Shown piece after piece: positions 1 through 9,754 of a stretch of DNA of 64,000 bases. The DNA is taken from contig CACJRI010000002.1 of assembly GCA_902595715.1 (NCBI GenBank), positions 53,449 to 117,448 of the forward strand, given 5' to 3'. The stretch is from an uncultured SAR86 cluster bacterium (GTDB lineage Bacteria > Pseudomonadota > Gammaproteobacteria > Magnimaribacterales > AG-339-G14). The translations under genes were made by a program, and so were the position numbers. Every line of letters starts with the position of its first letter. The first letter of the stretch is position 1. The notes below the pieces were generated by a model. That model saw only the letters and a program-made list of their open reading frames with translations. It was not told the DNA's origin and made no database searches.

Positions 1-1
1 C

Positions 2-250
2 TGTAATGAAAAATACGAGATTTACTTTTGTGGTGGTGGAACAAAAAATAATTATTTAATGGATAGATTTAAAGAACTGAATATAGAAAATCTGCAATTC
101 CTTAAAACTTCAGATTTAGGAATTGACCCACTTGATGTGGAGGCTATGACTTTTGCCTGGTTGGCAAAGAAAAGACTAGAAAAACAAAAAATTGAGCTTA
201 CCAGCGTTACTGGATCTAAACCTTGTTTGATGGGTGAAGTAATAAACTAA
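2..250 (+). CDS. anmK: anhydro-N-acetylmuramic acid kinase, C-terminal fragment (gene begins upstream of window)
   Basis: Frame 2 is open from base 2. The translation [23 protein letters not shown]...[13 protein letters not shown]...TSVTGS matches the conserved AnmK C-terminus (CGGG..N.LM, EA.AFAWLA, SVTG). It lies next to erpA-argC, as in Pseudomonas. Confidence 0.7.
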   Translation, partial: CNEKYEIYFCGGGTKNNYLMDRFKELNIENLQFLKTSDLGIDPLDVEAMTFAWLAKKRLEKQKIELTSVTGSKPCLMGEVIN

Positions 251-594
251 ATTGAAAAAGAAGCCCCACAACCACAGGTCGTAGTTGCATTTGGATTTTC
301 AATGATGAATTTAGATCCTTCTAAATTTTCTACATAATCCAAAGTTGATCCAAAAAGGTATTGGATACTTAGAGAATCAATCAATACCGATACTTCGTCT
401 TCTTTTAAGACCGTATCATCGTCTTCAGCATTATCATCCAACTTAAAACCATATTGAAAACCTGAACAACCTCCTCCGGTTACAAAAACTCTGAGGTGAA
501 GATTTTTTTTGTTTTCTTCAGCTATTAGGTTTTTAACCTTTAAAACAGCATTTTCAGTAATGTTAAGTTCTTTTGGAATAAATTTTTCAACCAT
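247..594 (-). CDS. erpA: iron-sulfur cluster insertion protein ErpA (A-type carrier)
   Basis: 115 aa. Motifs [17 protein letters not shown] and C-terminal [16 protein letters not shown] align almost residue for residue with E. coli ErpA. Confidence 0.9.
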   Translation of the reverse strand: MVEKFIPKELNITENAVLKVKNLIAEENKKNLHLRVFVTGGGCSGFQYGFKLDDNAEDDDTVLKEDEVSVLIDSLSIQYLFGSTLDYVENLEGSKFIIENPNATTTCGCGASFSI

Positions 595-595
595 A

Positions 596-1576
596 TCAGC
601 TACTCATTATATCCAAACATTGTATAGCTTGGCTTGCGGCACCCTTTAAAAGGTTATCAATTGCCGAATTAACGACAATTGTATTACTTTGAAAAGCATA
701 TGAAACAGATATATCGCAATAGAATGTATTAATTACATCTTTGATTTCAGCAATTTCCCCCTTTTCTTTGACCCTCACTAATTGATGCTTCTCATAATAA
801 CTTTCATACAATTCATTCAGATTTAAATCATTATGGCTCACTTCACAATAAAGCGTCACGTATTCTCCTCTAAAAAGCGGCAAAAGATGCGGGATGAAAA
901 TTATCTCGTGATCAAGATTGAATTCCATTTTTAAGAAATCTTTTATTTCTGGTTGATGTCTATGAAAACCAACGTTATAAGATTTAAAATTTTCTTTGAT
1001 TTCCTCTTCAAGACCATTTTCTACAGAAGATTTGCCAGCCCCACTTATTCCAGATTTAGCATCCAAAATAATTTTTGAATTTTTTTGTAGGTGTGGAATG
1101 ACTGGAAGCAATCCAAGTATAGAAGCAGTAGGATAACATCCAGGTACTGCCACTAAATTTGCTGCTTTAATTTTTTCTGCAGAATGTTCAGGTAAGCCAT
1201 AAATAGCTTTGGGCAAAAGATCATCTGCCCTATGTTTGCTGTCATAAGTTTCTTGCCAAAGTTTTCCATTTGATAGTCTAAAATCCGCTGATAGATCAAT
1301 AACTTTTACCCCTTTTTTTAAAATCTCAGGAACATAGTCCATTGAGTAGTCATGTTTAGTTGCAAAAAAAACATAATCAAGATTGTCAGGCATTTGATCT
1401 ATAGGTTGTAATACTAATTTACTATTCGTTTGAGGATGAACCTCTTTATATTCCTTTCCTTCGTGCGAAAAAGAAGAGACAAAGGCAAGGCTCAAATCTT
1501 CCCTAGATTCGATTATTGAAGCAAGCTCCTCTCCCACATAGCCTGTAGCGCCTACTATTCCAATATTTAAAGACAT
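596..1576 (-). CDS. argC: N-acetyl-gamma-glutamyl-phosphate reductase
   Basis: N-terminal [13 protein letters not shown] Rossmann motif and the active-site PGCYPTA motif; 326 aa. Confidence 0.9.
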   Translation of the reverse strand: MSLNIGIVGATGYVGEELASIIESREDLSLAFVSSFSHEGKEYKEVHPQTNSKLVLQPIDQMPDNLDYVFFATKHDYSMDYVPEILKKGVKVIDLSADFRLSNGKLWQETYDSKHRADDLLPKAIYGLPEHSAEKIKAANLVAVPGCYPTASILGLLPVIPHLQKNSKIILDAKSGISGAGKSSVENGLEEEIKENFKSYNVGFHRHQPEIKDFLKMEFNLDHEIIFIPHLLPLFRGEYVTLYCEVSHNDLNLNELYESYYEKHQLVRVKEKGEIAEIKDVINTFYCDISVSYAFQSNTIVVNSAIDNLLKGAASQAIQCLDIMSS

Positions 1577-1617
1577 TTATTTATTTTTAATTTTGCAAAA
1601 ACATTATACTTTATTGC

Positions 1618-2379
1618 ATGATCAAGGATGACAACCTAATTCTATCTATTGCTGGACACGACCCTACGGGTGGAGCCGGAATGCAAGTTGACGCACAAAT
1701 TGCAAATCATCTCGGAAAGCATTGTCTCTCAATTCTTACTTGTGAGACTATTCAAAATTTAAAAAGTTTTGAAAAAATTATTCCTCAAGAAGAGAAATAT
1801 ATTCAAGAATCTTTTAACAATCTATTAAAAAACTTTTCACTAAAGTATTTCAAGATTGGCTTGGTCCCAAACATCAAAATAGCTCATAAATTGGGCAGCT
1901 TAATTTCTTCAAACAAGCCTGAATTAGTAGTCATAGATCCCATTTTGAAATCTGGAACTGGAAAAAAGCTTTTTCTGAAAAAAGATTTGATTTCACTTAT
2001 TCAAAAGCTCTATAGGAAGGCAACTTTATTGACACCAAACATATACGAATTAAAAACACTGACAAACACAAAAAATATTTTTGATGGTATTTTATTTTTA
2101 CAAGATCAAGGCATTGAAAATATTTATGTAACTGGAGAATTAAAAAAAGGAAAAATTAGAAATCATCTCTACTCAAAAGGCGAGCTAGTAAATATCGATG
2201 AAGTTCCTAAGATTAAAACTACTATTCACGGTAGCGGGTGTGCTTTATCAACATCCATCCTATGCTTTTTGGTAAATAAAAACAATTTGAAGGATGCTTG
2301 TTCTAAATCACAAAACCTCATGAAAGTTTTAGTAAAAAGCTCAAGAAATCATATTCATCAGAATATTCTTAAAATCTAA
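1618..2379 (+). CDS. thiD: hydroxymethylpyrimidine/phosphomethylpyrimidine kinase
   Basis: ILSIAGHDPTGGAGMQVD N-terminus and C-terminal HGSGCALS motif typical of ThiD. It lies immediately upstream of thiE. Confidence 0.85.
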   Translation: MIKDDNLILSIAGHDPTGGAGMQVDAQIANHLGKHCLSILTCETIQNLKSFEKIIPQEEKYIQESFNNLLKNFSLKYFKIGLVPNIKIAHKLGSLISSNKPELVVIDPILKSGTGKKLFLKKDLISLIQKLYRKATLLTPNIYELKTLTNTKNIFDGILFLQDQGIENIYVTGELKKGKIRNHLYSKGELVNIDEVPKIKTTIHGSGCALSTSILCFLVNKNNLKDACSKSQNLMKVLVKSSRNHIHQNILKI

Positions 2380-2381
2380 TA

Positions 2382-3008
2382 ATGATCCAAGGACTTTATG
2401 CAATAACCCCTTCTGGCTTGGAAGAAAACGATTTGCTTACTAAAACCGAAGTCTTGCTTAAAGAAGGGGTTAAACTCATTCAGTACAGAGACAAAATTCT
2501 TGATAAAAAGACTTTTCAAGAAACAGCTCATGCACTTTTGAAATTGACCAAAAAATATGGAGCCAAGTTAGTTATCAATGATCACGTTGAAATTTGCTTG
2601 GAAATAAGCGCAGATGGTTTTCACCTGGGTTTAGAAGATTACTCTTCTGAAGGAAACGTAGAGCTCTTAAAAAAGAATAAAGAATTTATTTCAAAAAATT
2701 TGATATGCGGCTTATCTTGCAAATGGAATAAGGAGCTGGTGGTCAATCCTCCTGAAAAGGAAATCAAATGGACTTATTTGGCAGTTGGGTCTTTTTATCC
2801 ATCCAATACCAAGTCAACTATTTCGGAGACAAATGAGAACGTAAAAAGAAAATTCCTAAGCTATACTGATAAGCCTCTCGTGGCTATTGGAGGTATCAAT
2901 AAGAAAAACATCGGAGAAGTTAGAAGTTTAGGCTATTCTTGTTTTGCTCTAAGTGAAGCCCTCTTTAAAAATCCCGAACATGTTTTAAATGAGTATAAAA
3001 GGTTATGA
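2382..3008 (+). CDS. thiE: thiamine-phosphate synthase
   Basis: GLYAITP start, IQYRDK, VINDHVEI..ADGFHLG and AIGGI motifs of ThiE. The spacer to thiD is 2 nt. Confidence 0.8.
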   Translation: MIQGLYAITPSGLEENDLLTKTEVLLKEGVKLIQYRDKILDKKTFQETAHALLKLTKKYGAKLVINDHVEICLEISADGFHLGLEDYSSEGNVELLKKNKEFISKNLICGLSCKWNKELVVNPPEKEIKWTYLAVGSFYPSNTKSTISETNENVKRKFLSYTDKPLVAIGGINKKNIGEVRSLGYSCFALSEALFKNPEHVLNEYKRL

Positions 3009-3985
3009 AAGTTATTGGTTTTGGCGCAGCACTAGTCGATAAGCAATTTCTTATTAAAGATGATGCGCTAAATGCTCTTGGTATAGAAAAAGGTTTAATG
3101 ACTTTAAATTCTGAAGAGGAGCAGAATGAGCTACTCACTTTTCTACAGGATCAAAATTACGATCAAATATCTTCGTGTGGTGGGTCAGCAACTAATAGTA
3201 TTTATGCAGCAGCAGCTTTAGGAACAAGTTCTGGTTTCATTGGTAAAGTTGCGCAAGATGAAGATGGTGAAATCTATAACACCGATTTGAAAAACAATAA
3301 CATTGAAATATCAAACTGCATTACATCGTCAAATGGTAAAACTGGTAACTGTATTGTTTTAATTACTCCTGATGCAGAAAGAACGATGAATACTTATCTA
3401 GGAGTGAGTTCTGAAACAAAATTTTCTGAAATAAATTTCCAGCAAGTTTCTGCAACAAATTTGCTCTTTATAGAAGCTTATGTAGTTACTTCACTTGATA
3501 CAAAAGATACTGCAAAGAAACTCATCAAAAGCTGTCACGAATCCAATATCAAAATAGCTTTGAGTCTATCTGATCCTGGAATTGTGGCCGGTTTTAAAGA
3601 TGAACTGAAATCTTGGATGAACGTGAAAATAGATTACGTATTTTGTAACCATGAAGAAGCAAAAACTTTTTGTGATGCCAATGAGTTCGATGACTTACGA
3701 AACTATGCAAAAACAATTTTTATTACCAACGGATTGAACCCAACTATAGTTCTTGAAGAAGATCAAACCTATGAGGTGTCTGCTTATAAGGCTAAGGCAG
3801 TTGACACTAATGGTGCTGGGGATATGTTTGCGGGTGGCGTAATTCATGGTTTAAGTGAAGGCTGGGAAAATGCTGAATCAGTAAGATTTGGTAACTTTTT
3901 GGCCTCAAAAGGAGTTGCTGAAATTGGACCAAGACTTAAAAAAAATAAGTATATGGAATATTTAAAGGAGTTTTCAAAAAAATAA
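3005..3985 (+). CDS. PfkB-family carbohydrate/nucleoside kinase (adenosine-kinase-like)
   Basis: GGSATN and DTNGAGDMFAGG PfkB signature motifs. ATGA start/stop overlap with thiE. Confidence 0.75.
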   Translation: MKVIGFGAALVDKQFLIKDDALNALGIEKGLMTLNSEEEQNELLTFLQDQNYDQISSCGGSATNSIYAAAALGTSSGFIGKVAQDEDGEIYNTDLKNNNIEISNCITSSNGKTGNCIVLITPDAERTMNTYLGVSSETKFSEINFQQVSATNLLFIEAYVVTSLDTKDTAKKLIKSCHESNIKIALSLSDPGIVAGFKDELKSWMNVKIDYVFCNHEEAKTFCDANEFDDLRNYAKTIFITNGLNPTIVLEEDQTYEVSAYKAKAVDTNGAGDMFAGGVIHGLSEGWENAESVRFGNFLASKGVAEIGPRLKKNKYMEYLKEFSKK

Positions 3986-4039
3986 AAAAATTAACTGGAT
4001 ACTTTCATCTTCTTTTGATAAATTCTGCTCTTCAAAATT

Positions 4040-4648
4040 ATGGCTACTAAAAATTCCAAAAAACCAACCAAAGCAAAAAAGCCTGCAGCTAAAAAAGTAA
4101 CTAAGGTACAAAAAAAACCAGTAAAGAAGCCCGTTGCGAAGAAACCAGCTAAACCAGTAAAAAAAACAGCTGCTGCTAAAAAAGCACCAAAAAAAGCAGC
4201 AGCCAAAGTCAGTGCTTCTCCAACGGATTTTTCAGCTTTCTTAAAGAATTTCCAACCTTATAGGTCAAAAAAATCAGAAAAATACATGAACAAAAATCAG
4301 CAGAAGCATTTTCTTGGAATGCTGACCGCTTGGAAAGAAGCTCTTATTGAAGAACAAGAAAAAACTGAACAATTAATTCAACAAGATCAAAGTAATTTTC
4401 CAGATTCTTTGGATCGTGCTGCAAAAGAAGAAGAATTTATGCTGGAATTGAGAAAAAGAGAAAGAGAAAGAAAACTCATAGCAAAGATTGATCTTTCTCT
4501 GAAAGATTTAGAAGATAATCTCTACGGTTATTGTGAATCCTGTGGTGTTGAAATTGGCATCAAAAGACTGGAAGCCAGACCGACTGCAACCAAATGCATC
4601 GATTGTAAAACCGTCGACGAAATTAAAGAAAAGCAACAGTTCGGTTAA
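4040..4648 (+). CDS. dksA: RNA polymerase-binding transcription factor DksA with Lys/Ala/Pro-rich N-terminal extension
   Basis: Residues ~60-202 align with E. coli DksA: FPDSLDRAAKEEEF (DxxDxA tip), RERERKLI and the C4 finger YGYCESCGVEIGIKRLEARPTATKCIDCK. The first ~55 aa are KKP/AKK repeats. Confidence 0.9.
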   Translation: MATKNSKKPTKAKKPAAKKVTKVQKKPVKKPVAKKPAKPVKKTAAAKKAPKKAAAKVSASPTDFSAFLKNFQPYRSKKSEKYMNKNQQKHFLGMLTAWKEALIEEQEKTEQLIQQDQSNFPDSLDRAAKEEEFMLELRKRERERKLIAKIDLSLKDLEDNLYGYCESCGVEIGIKRLEARPTATKCIDCKTVDEIKEKQQFG

Positions 4649-5088
4649 TGTCGTCGCATCTTGCGTACTTGGTTTTAGGCTCTAACTTAGGGAGTCGATC
4701 AACAAATCTCGCAAATGCCAAGACAGAAATAAGCGCCCTTTCTGAAACAAAAATTCTAAAAGAAAGCGAAATCTATAAGTCTCCTGCTTACGGTCCAATT
4801 GACCAGCCATTTTTTTTCAATCTTGCTTTGGAAGTCGAAACGAAGTTCTCGCCTTTGGTGCTTCTTGAGCATCTACAAAAAATTGAAACGAAACTCAAAC
4901 GTGAAAAAGATTCTCACATGAAACCTCGAACCATTGATATCGATATTGTATTTTTTGATGATGAAACAATAGAAACGCCTCTTTTAAAAGTGCCGCACTA
5001 CGATTGGCAAAACCGAGAATTTTTCATAAACCCGCTCAAAGAAATAAATTGCCAAGCTCAAGAATTTAAAAACTTTAGCTTTGACTAA
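4648..5088 (+). CDS. folK: 2-amino-4-hydroxy-6-hydroxymethyldihydropteridine diphosphokinase
   Basis: AYLVLGSNLG start, YKSPAYGP, PRTIDIDIV and the PHYDW..REF motifs of HPPK. Confidence 0.85.
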   Translation: MSSHLAYLVLGSNLGSRSTNLANAKTEISALSETKILKESEIYKSPAYGPIDQPFFFNLALEVETKFSPLVLLEHLQKIETKLKREKDSHMKPRTIDIDIVFFDDETIETPLLKVPHYDWQNREFFINPLKEINCQAQEFKNFSFD

Positions 5089-5111
5089 AGTTTTCAAGAT
5101 AGAATTATTTA

Positions 5112-7040
5112 ATGAAAACTTATTCGATAAGCGAAGCAAAAAAGAAAAATTCCATAATCTCTGAAGAAGATTTCAATACTGAATATCAAGAGTCAATAAA
5201 TAATCCAGAGAGCTTCTGGCAAAAAAAAGCTGAAGAAACCTTGGACTGGTTTTCAAATTGGGATGAAGTGACTGCATCTTATTTGGAAGCCGGCGAAGTA
5301 GCTTGGTTCAAAACAGGAAAATTGAATGCTTGTTTTAATTGTGTTGACCGTCACTTGGAAAATCATGCGAACAAAACTGCAATCATTTGGGAAGGCGATG
5401 ATCCTTATGATAGTAAAGAAATTTCCTTTCAAGAGTTGCATAAGAACGTTTGTCAGTTCGCCAACCTCTTAAAATCCAGAAATATAAAAAAAGGTGATCG
5501 AGTTTGCATTTACATGCCTATGATTCCTGAGGCAGCTTATGCGATGTTGGCTTGTGCCAGAATTGGCGCAATTCACTCAGTGGTTTTTGGAGGATTTTCC
5601 ATCGAATCTCTGAAAGATAGAATTTTGGACTCGGATTGCACCGCAGTCATAACCGCAAACGAAGGAATCAGAGGAGGAAAACTTGTCCCGCTAAAAAATA
5701 ATGTGGATGAAGCTCTGAAGGACTGTCCTAATGTGCACAGCGTAATTGTCGTAAATCGAACGGAAAGAGCTCTTAACAAAGAAAATGAAGTGGATGTCGA
5801 CTATTACCAAGACATTGAAAACTTTGATACAGATTGTCCTTGTGAAGAGATGGATGCCGAAGACCCGCTTTTCATTCTTTATACTTCAGGTTCGACAGGA
5901 AAACCCAAAGGAGTCCTCCACACCACCGGAGGATATTTGTTGGGTGCAGCCTTGAGTCACAAATACATTTTCAATTTAAAAGAAGACAGTATTTACTGGT
6001 GCACCGCTGACGTAGGCTGGGTTACTGGTCATACTTATATTGTTTATGGTCCTTTAGCAAATGCCTCAACTACTTTGATGTTTGAGGGTATACCGACATT
6101 CCCCGATGTTTCCAGATTCTGGAATGTGATTGATAAACATCAAGTTAATATTTTCTACACGGCTCCTACTGCAATCAGAGCGCTTATGGCCCATGGCAAT
6201 GAGCCTTTGCAATCCTCTTCGAGAGAATCTTTGGAAGTATTGGGTACGGTTGGAGAACCTATAAATCCAGAAGCCTGGGAGTGGTATTACCATGAGGTTG
6301 GCAAAGGCAGATGTCCGATAGTCGATACTTGGTGGCAAACCGAGACTGGCAGTATCATGATTTCGGGTTTGGCAGGATTTTCTGATCAAAAACCTGGTTG
6401 TGCAGGTAAACCTTTCCTTGGAATAAATCCTGCGCTTGTGGATGAAGAAGGCAATGAAATCGAAGGACCGGGTAAAGGCAATCTGGTTGTCAAAAGTTCT
6501 TGGCCATCACAAATCAGAACGGTTTATGGAGATCATCAAAGATGTGTTGAAACCTACTATTCAACTTACAAAGGTTTTTATTTCACAGGAGATGGCGCTG
6601 AGCGAGATGCGGATGGTTTTTATAGAATCACAGGACGAGTTGATGATGTCTTAAATGTCTCTGGGCATCGCTTGGGTACTGCAGAAATAGAGAGTGCTTT
6701 GGTTTTGCACGAAGCAGTCGCAGAAGCTGCGGTAGTTGGTTTTGAACATGAAATCAAGGGACAAGGAATTTATTGTTATGTGAACCTTATGAAAGAAGCA
6801 CAAGCTTCGGATGAAATCCATCAAGAATTAATTGGACTCATCGTTAAAGAAATCGGTCCTATTGCAAAACCGGATTCCATTCAATTCTGTTACGATTTAC
6901 CTAAAACGCGATCAGGAAAAATCATGCGTAGGATTTTAAGAAAAATTGCAGAAAACGAATTGGACAATTTGGGAGATACCACTACCCTTGCTGATCCCAG
7001 TATCGTAGACATCTTGATCAAAGAAAGATTAAATAAATAA
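5112..7040 (+). CDS. acs: acetyl-CoA synthetase
   Basis: 642 aa. [15 protein letters not shown]-binding motif, [28 protein letters not shown] and the [12 protein letters not shown]-terminal motif. Confidence 0.95.
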   Translation: MKTYSISEAKKKNSIISEEDFNTEYQESINNPESFWQKKAEETLDWFSNWDEVTASYLEAGEVAWFKTGKLNACFNCVDRHLENHANKTAIIWEGDDPYDSKEISFQELHKNVCQFANLLKSRNIKKGDRVCIYMPMIPEAAYAMLACARIGAIHSVVFGGFSIESLKDRILDSDCTAVITANEGIRGGKLVPLKNNVDEALKDCPNVHSVIVVNRTERALNKENEVDVDYYQDIENFDTDCPCEEMDAEDPLFILYTSGSTGKPKGVLHTTGGYLLGAALSHKYIFNLKEDSIYWCTADVGWVTGHTYIVYGPLANASTTLMFEGIPTFPDVSRFWNVIDKHQVNIFYTAPTAIRALMAHGNEPLQSSSRESLEVLGTVGEPINPEAWEWYYHEVGKGRCPIVDTWWQTETGSIMISGLAGFSDQKPGCAGKPFLGINPALVDEEGNEIEGPGKGNLVVKSSWPSQIRTVYGDHQRCVETYYSTYKGFYFTGDGAERDADGFYRITGRVDDVLNVSGHRLGTAEIESALVLHEAVAEAAVVGFEHEIKGQGIYCYVNLMKEAQASDEIHQELIGLIVKEIGPIAKPDSIQFCYDLPKTRSGKIMRRILRKIAENELDNLGDTTTLADPSIVDILIKERLNK

Positions 7041-7667
7041 ATGTTTGGATTTAAAAGTTTAGAAATACCTATAAAAGAAGATTGTCTGCCTGGTAGGACT
7101 CAGGCAATTTACAATCCAGAAAATCATTTCGTCACAGGTGCGCCTATGTCCGAGTGCATGTCTCAAGATAGTCCCAGAATACTTTTTGGTATGGGCTGCT
7201 TTTGGGGAGCAGAAAAAATGTTTTGGGATTTGGATTGTGTCAAGGTTACCGGTGTTGGCTATGCTGCTGGACACACGCCCAACCCTACTTATGAAGAAGT
7301 TTGTTCAGGATTAACTGCACATTCTGAAATTGTTTTTGTGACTTATGAAGATGCTTCCAATTTAGAAGAATTGTTGCAAGTCTTTTGGGAAGGACACGAC
7401 CCTACCCAGTTCATGCGTCAAGGTGGCGATGTGGGCACGCAATATCGTTCTGGGATTTATTTTTTTGATAAAGCTCAAGAAGAACTGGCTCTCAAAACCA
7501 AAGAAATTTATCAAGCAAAACTTGACGCCAATGGCTTTGGTGAAATTGTCACGGAAATCTTGCCTGTTTCAGAGGAATTTTACGCTGAAGATTACCACCA
7601 ACAATACTTAGCAAAAAACCCAAACGGTTACTGTGGACATGGTGGTTGTGGGGTAAGATTCAAGTAA
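7041..7667 (+). CDS. msrA: peptide-methionine (S)-S-oxide reductase
   Basis: GMGCFWGAE active-site motif, QYRSGIY and YHQQYL. Confidence 0.95.
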   Translation: MFGFKSLEIPIKEDCLPGRTQAIYNPENHFVTGAPMSECMSQDSPRILFGMGCFWGAEKMFWDLDCVKVTGVGYAAGHTPNPTYEEVCSGLTAHSEIVFVTYEDASNLEELLQVFWEGHDPTQFMRQGGDVGTQYRSGIYFFDKAQEELALKTKEIYQAKLDANGFGEIVTEILPVSEEFYAEDYHQQYLAKNPNGYCGHGGCGVRFK

Positions 7668-7672
7668 AAAAC

Positions 7673-8029
7673 TTAAGAAAAAGTTTCTTCGCCTGGCTTT
7701 TTCAAAATTCTTTTTGCAATCTCGTTATCTCCATTCTCATCTTCTTCATATTCTCTACCTTCTATATTGGAATTTAAAAGAGATTCTCTTAGTGGGTAAT
7801 CTTGATTTTCAATTAAATTTTCAAAAAAGGACCAAGCCGAGTCACAACTCCATGCGCCTGTGAACATTACTTCTATGTAATCAGTTCCATCTACAGAGCC
7901 CTCCATAATATCTACAGGACCTCCATAACTAAATATTTTGTTTTCGTTACTTATTTTTTCCTTAAGATCTGAAAGCAAGTCCTTATCATTTGAGTCTATA
8001 CATACGTATCCTTCTGCAATATTTGCCAT
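7673..8029 (-). CDS. hypothetical acidic protein (118 aa)
   Basis: This ORF fills the gap between msrA and the MBL gene. I recognise no motif. Coding is inferred only from ORF length and packing. Confidence 0.5.
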   Translation of the reverse strand: MANIAEGYVCIDSNDKDLLSDLKEKISNENKIFSYGGPVDIMEGSVDGTDYIEVMFTGAWSCDSAWSFFENLIENQDYPLRESLLNSNIEGREYEEDENGDNEIAKRILKKPGEETFS

Positions 8030-8062
8030 TTAACAAACCTCTTTATTCATAATTTAAAAATT

Positions 8063-8887
8063 CTATCCTTTCCAATGAAACTCTTCACCTTTACTGACTG
8101 CTTTATCTTCTTCAATCAATTTATTCAAGTGGGCTAATAGCGAAGCTCGCGCGATGCCATGAAGCCTTTCATCGACATCATCATAAACTTTTTCAACCAA
8201 TTGGTCTAAATTAGCTTTTGAAAATTCTGTTAGAGCGTCTACAACTTTCTTTTCTCTAAACATTCTATGACTGACAATCCAATCCACAACGCTTTTGGGA
8301 TCTTTCATGAGATTTCCATGCCCTGGAGCAATCATAGAAATATCAAATTGTTTGAGTTTTTTCAAGGATTCAATGTATTGCTTCATGTTGCCATCAGGTG
8401 GACCTATGACCACTGTGGACCCTTCCATAATGTGATCGCCGGTAAAGATCATTTTCTCTTCTTCTAAGAGATAACAAAGGTGATTTGAAGCATGTCCTGG
8501 AGTATGAATGGCTTTTAAGGTGTACTCGATTTCTCTGATTTCATCACCATCTTCCAACACTTTGTTGGCTTTGAAGGTTTTATCCTGAGTTTGTTTGTGA
8601 AGAGCATACATTCCCATAACTGGTGCTGCAGTTCTTTGATGCAGTAATTTTGCTCCAGGAGAATGATCGGGATGAGTGTGAGTTACTAGGATTTGCTTGA
8701 TGTCATCGCCACAGGCTTTAGCAATATTTTCAATATGCTCTGGCATTGCAGGGCCTGGATCAATCACCGTGATTTCTTCTTTGCCCACAAGATAAGTATT
8801 CGTTCCTGGGCCGGTAAATACACTGGAATTACCCGCTGTGATTCTTCTGACTAATGGCGATAACTCAGTGATCGTCATAACCTTCAT
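8063..8887 (-). CDS. MBL-fold metallo-hydrolase (LACTB2-like)
   Basis: VTHTHPDHSPG (HxHxDH) motif, a later HTPGH, and GDH. The start is ambiguous (ATG at 8917, 8887 or 8878). All candidate starts overlap the stop of the upstream Nudix gene. Confidence 0.8.
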   Translation of the reverse strand: MKVMTITELSPLVRRITAGNSSVFTGPGTNTYLVGKEEITVIDPGPAMPEHIENIAKACGDDIKQILVTHTHPDHSPGAKLLHQRTAAPVMGMYALHKQTQDKTFKANKVLEDGDEIREIEYTLKAIHTPGHASNHLCYLLEEEKMIFTGDHIMEGSTVVIGPPDGNMKQYIESLKKLKQFDISMIAPGHGNLMKDPKSVVDWIVSHRMFREKKVVDALTEFSKANLDQLVEKVYDDVDERLHGIARASLLAHLNKLIEEDKAVSKGEEFHWKG

Positions 8888-9734
8888 CTCCTGGCATAAG
8901 CAAGACCATTTTTCCATCTTGCATGAAAATTTTTGGCTCCACAGTCACAATATTATTTTGGTCTTCCACTTTATTCTTTAAAAGAGTTTCAGTGTCGGTG
9001 AAACCTCTAATGGATTCTAAATTCTTGATGGTTGGGAAAATTATTGGGAACTCCCCCTTTTCTCCCTGAGCAAGAGCATCTTCTGGTTTGATCCAAATAC
9101 TTTTTACGCCTTCACTGCCATCATGCTTGGCAGTTTGACCTTCTGGAAATAGCGCAATGAAAAAATGCGTGCTGTATCTTTTAGCTTCGGATTTTGGTGT
9201 AACCCAATGTGAGATGTAAGCCAAGCGATCAACAGCAAGTTGCAAGTCCAACTTTTGGCACAATTCCAATAAAACCGGTTCGCCTTTATTTAGTTTATCT
9301 CGATACTCTTTAAGAATTTCTTTTTCACTTTCATTTGAAGAGCCAAAGACTTCGCCACTGCTTCTATAAGCTAGCAAGACGCCACATTCCTCAAAACATT
9401 CTCTGATGCAAGCAATCCAATAGTTAAGCCCTCCTGATTTAACTCCTAATAATTGGGAAGCAACTTCGTCGGTCAAACCGCGACAATAACTGTTGATGTC
9501 GTCTTTTAGATCGTATTCATCGAGCTTCCCTCCAGGAAATACCCAGGCGCCGCCAAAATTTGTTTTGATTGATCTTTGTATCATAAATACTTCTACTGCT
9601 TCTTCGATGGTTCTAACCAACAACACCGTAGCTGCAGGTTTAGGTTTTGAAGGAGGCAAAGAAGGATCAGCTTGTTGAATGTTGATCTTAGGATTTCTTT
9701 CTACTTTGATATCTTTGGAATCTTTTTCTGACAT
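8865..9734 (-). CDS. Nudix hydrolase, CoA-diphosphatase-like with interrupted Nudix box
   Basis: A QRS...GGAWVFPGG segment (NuCoA-like) is followed, about 40 aa later, by RECFEECG (the REUxEExGU part of the Nudix box). Confidence 0.75.
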   Translation of the reverse strand: MSEKDSKDIKVERNPKINIQQADPSLPPSKPKPAATVLLVRTIEEAVEVFMIQRSIKTNFGGAWVFPGGKLDEYDLKDDINSYCRGLTDEVASQLLGVKSGGLNYWIACIRECFEECGVLLAYRSSGEVFGSSNESEKEILKEYRDKLNKGEPVLLELCQKLDLQLAVDRLAYISHWVTPKSEAKRYSTHFFIALFPEGQTAKHDGSEGVKSIWIKPEDALAQGEKGEFPIIFPTIKNLESIRGFTDTETLLKNKVEDQNNIVTVEPKIFMQDGKMVLLMPGDEGYDDH

Positions 9735-9754
9735 ATAAATTTTAGATTTCAGGA

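Noticed and set aside
3991-4206. 71-aa minus-strand ORF rich in Phe/Ala/Gly (MAAAFFGAFLAAAVFF...).
   Set aside because: It is the antisense reading of the AAA/AAG/GCN repeat that encodes the Lys/Ala tail of DksA. It is a compositional artefact with no independent support.
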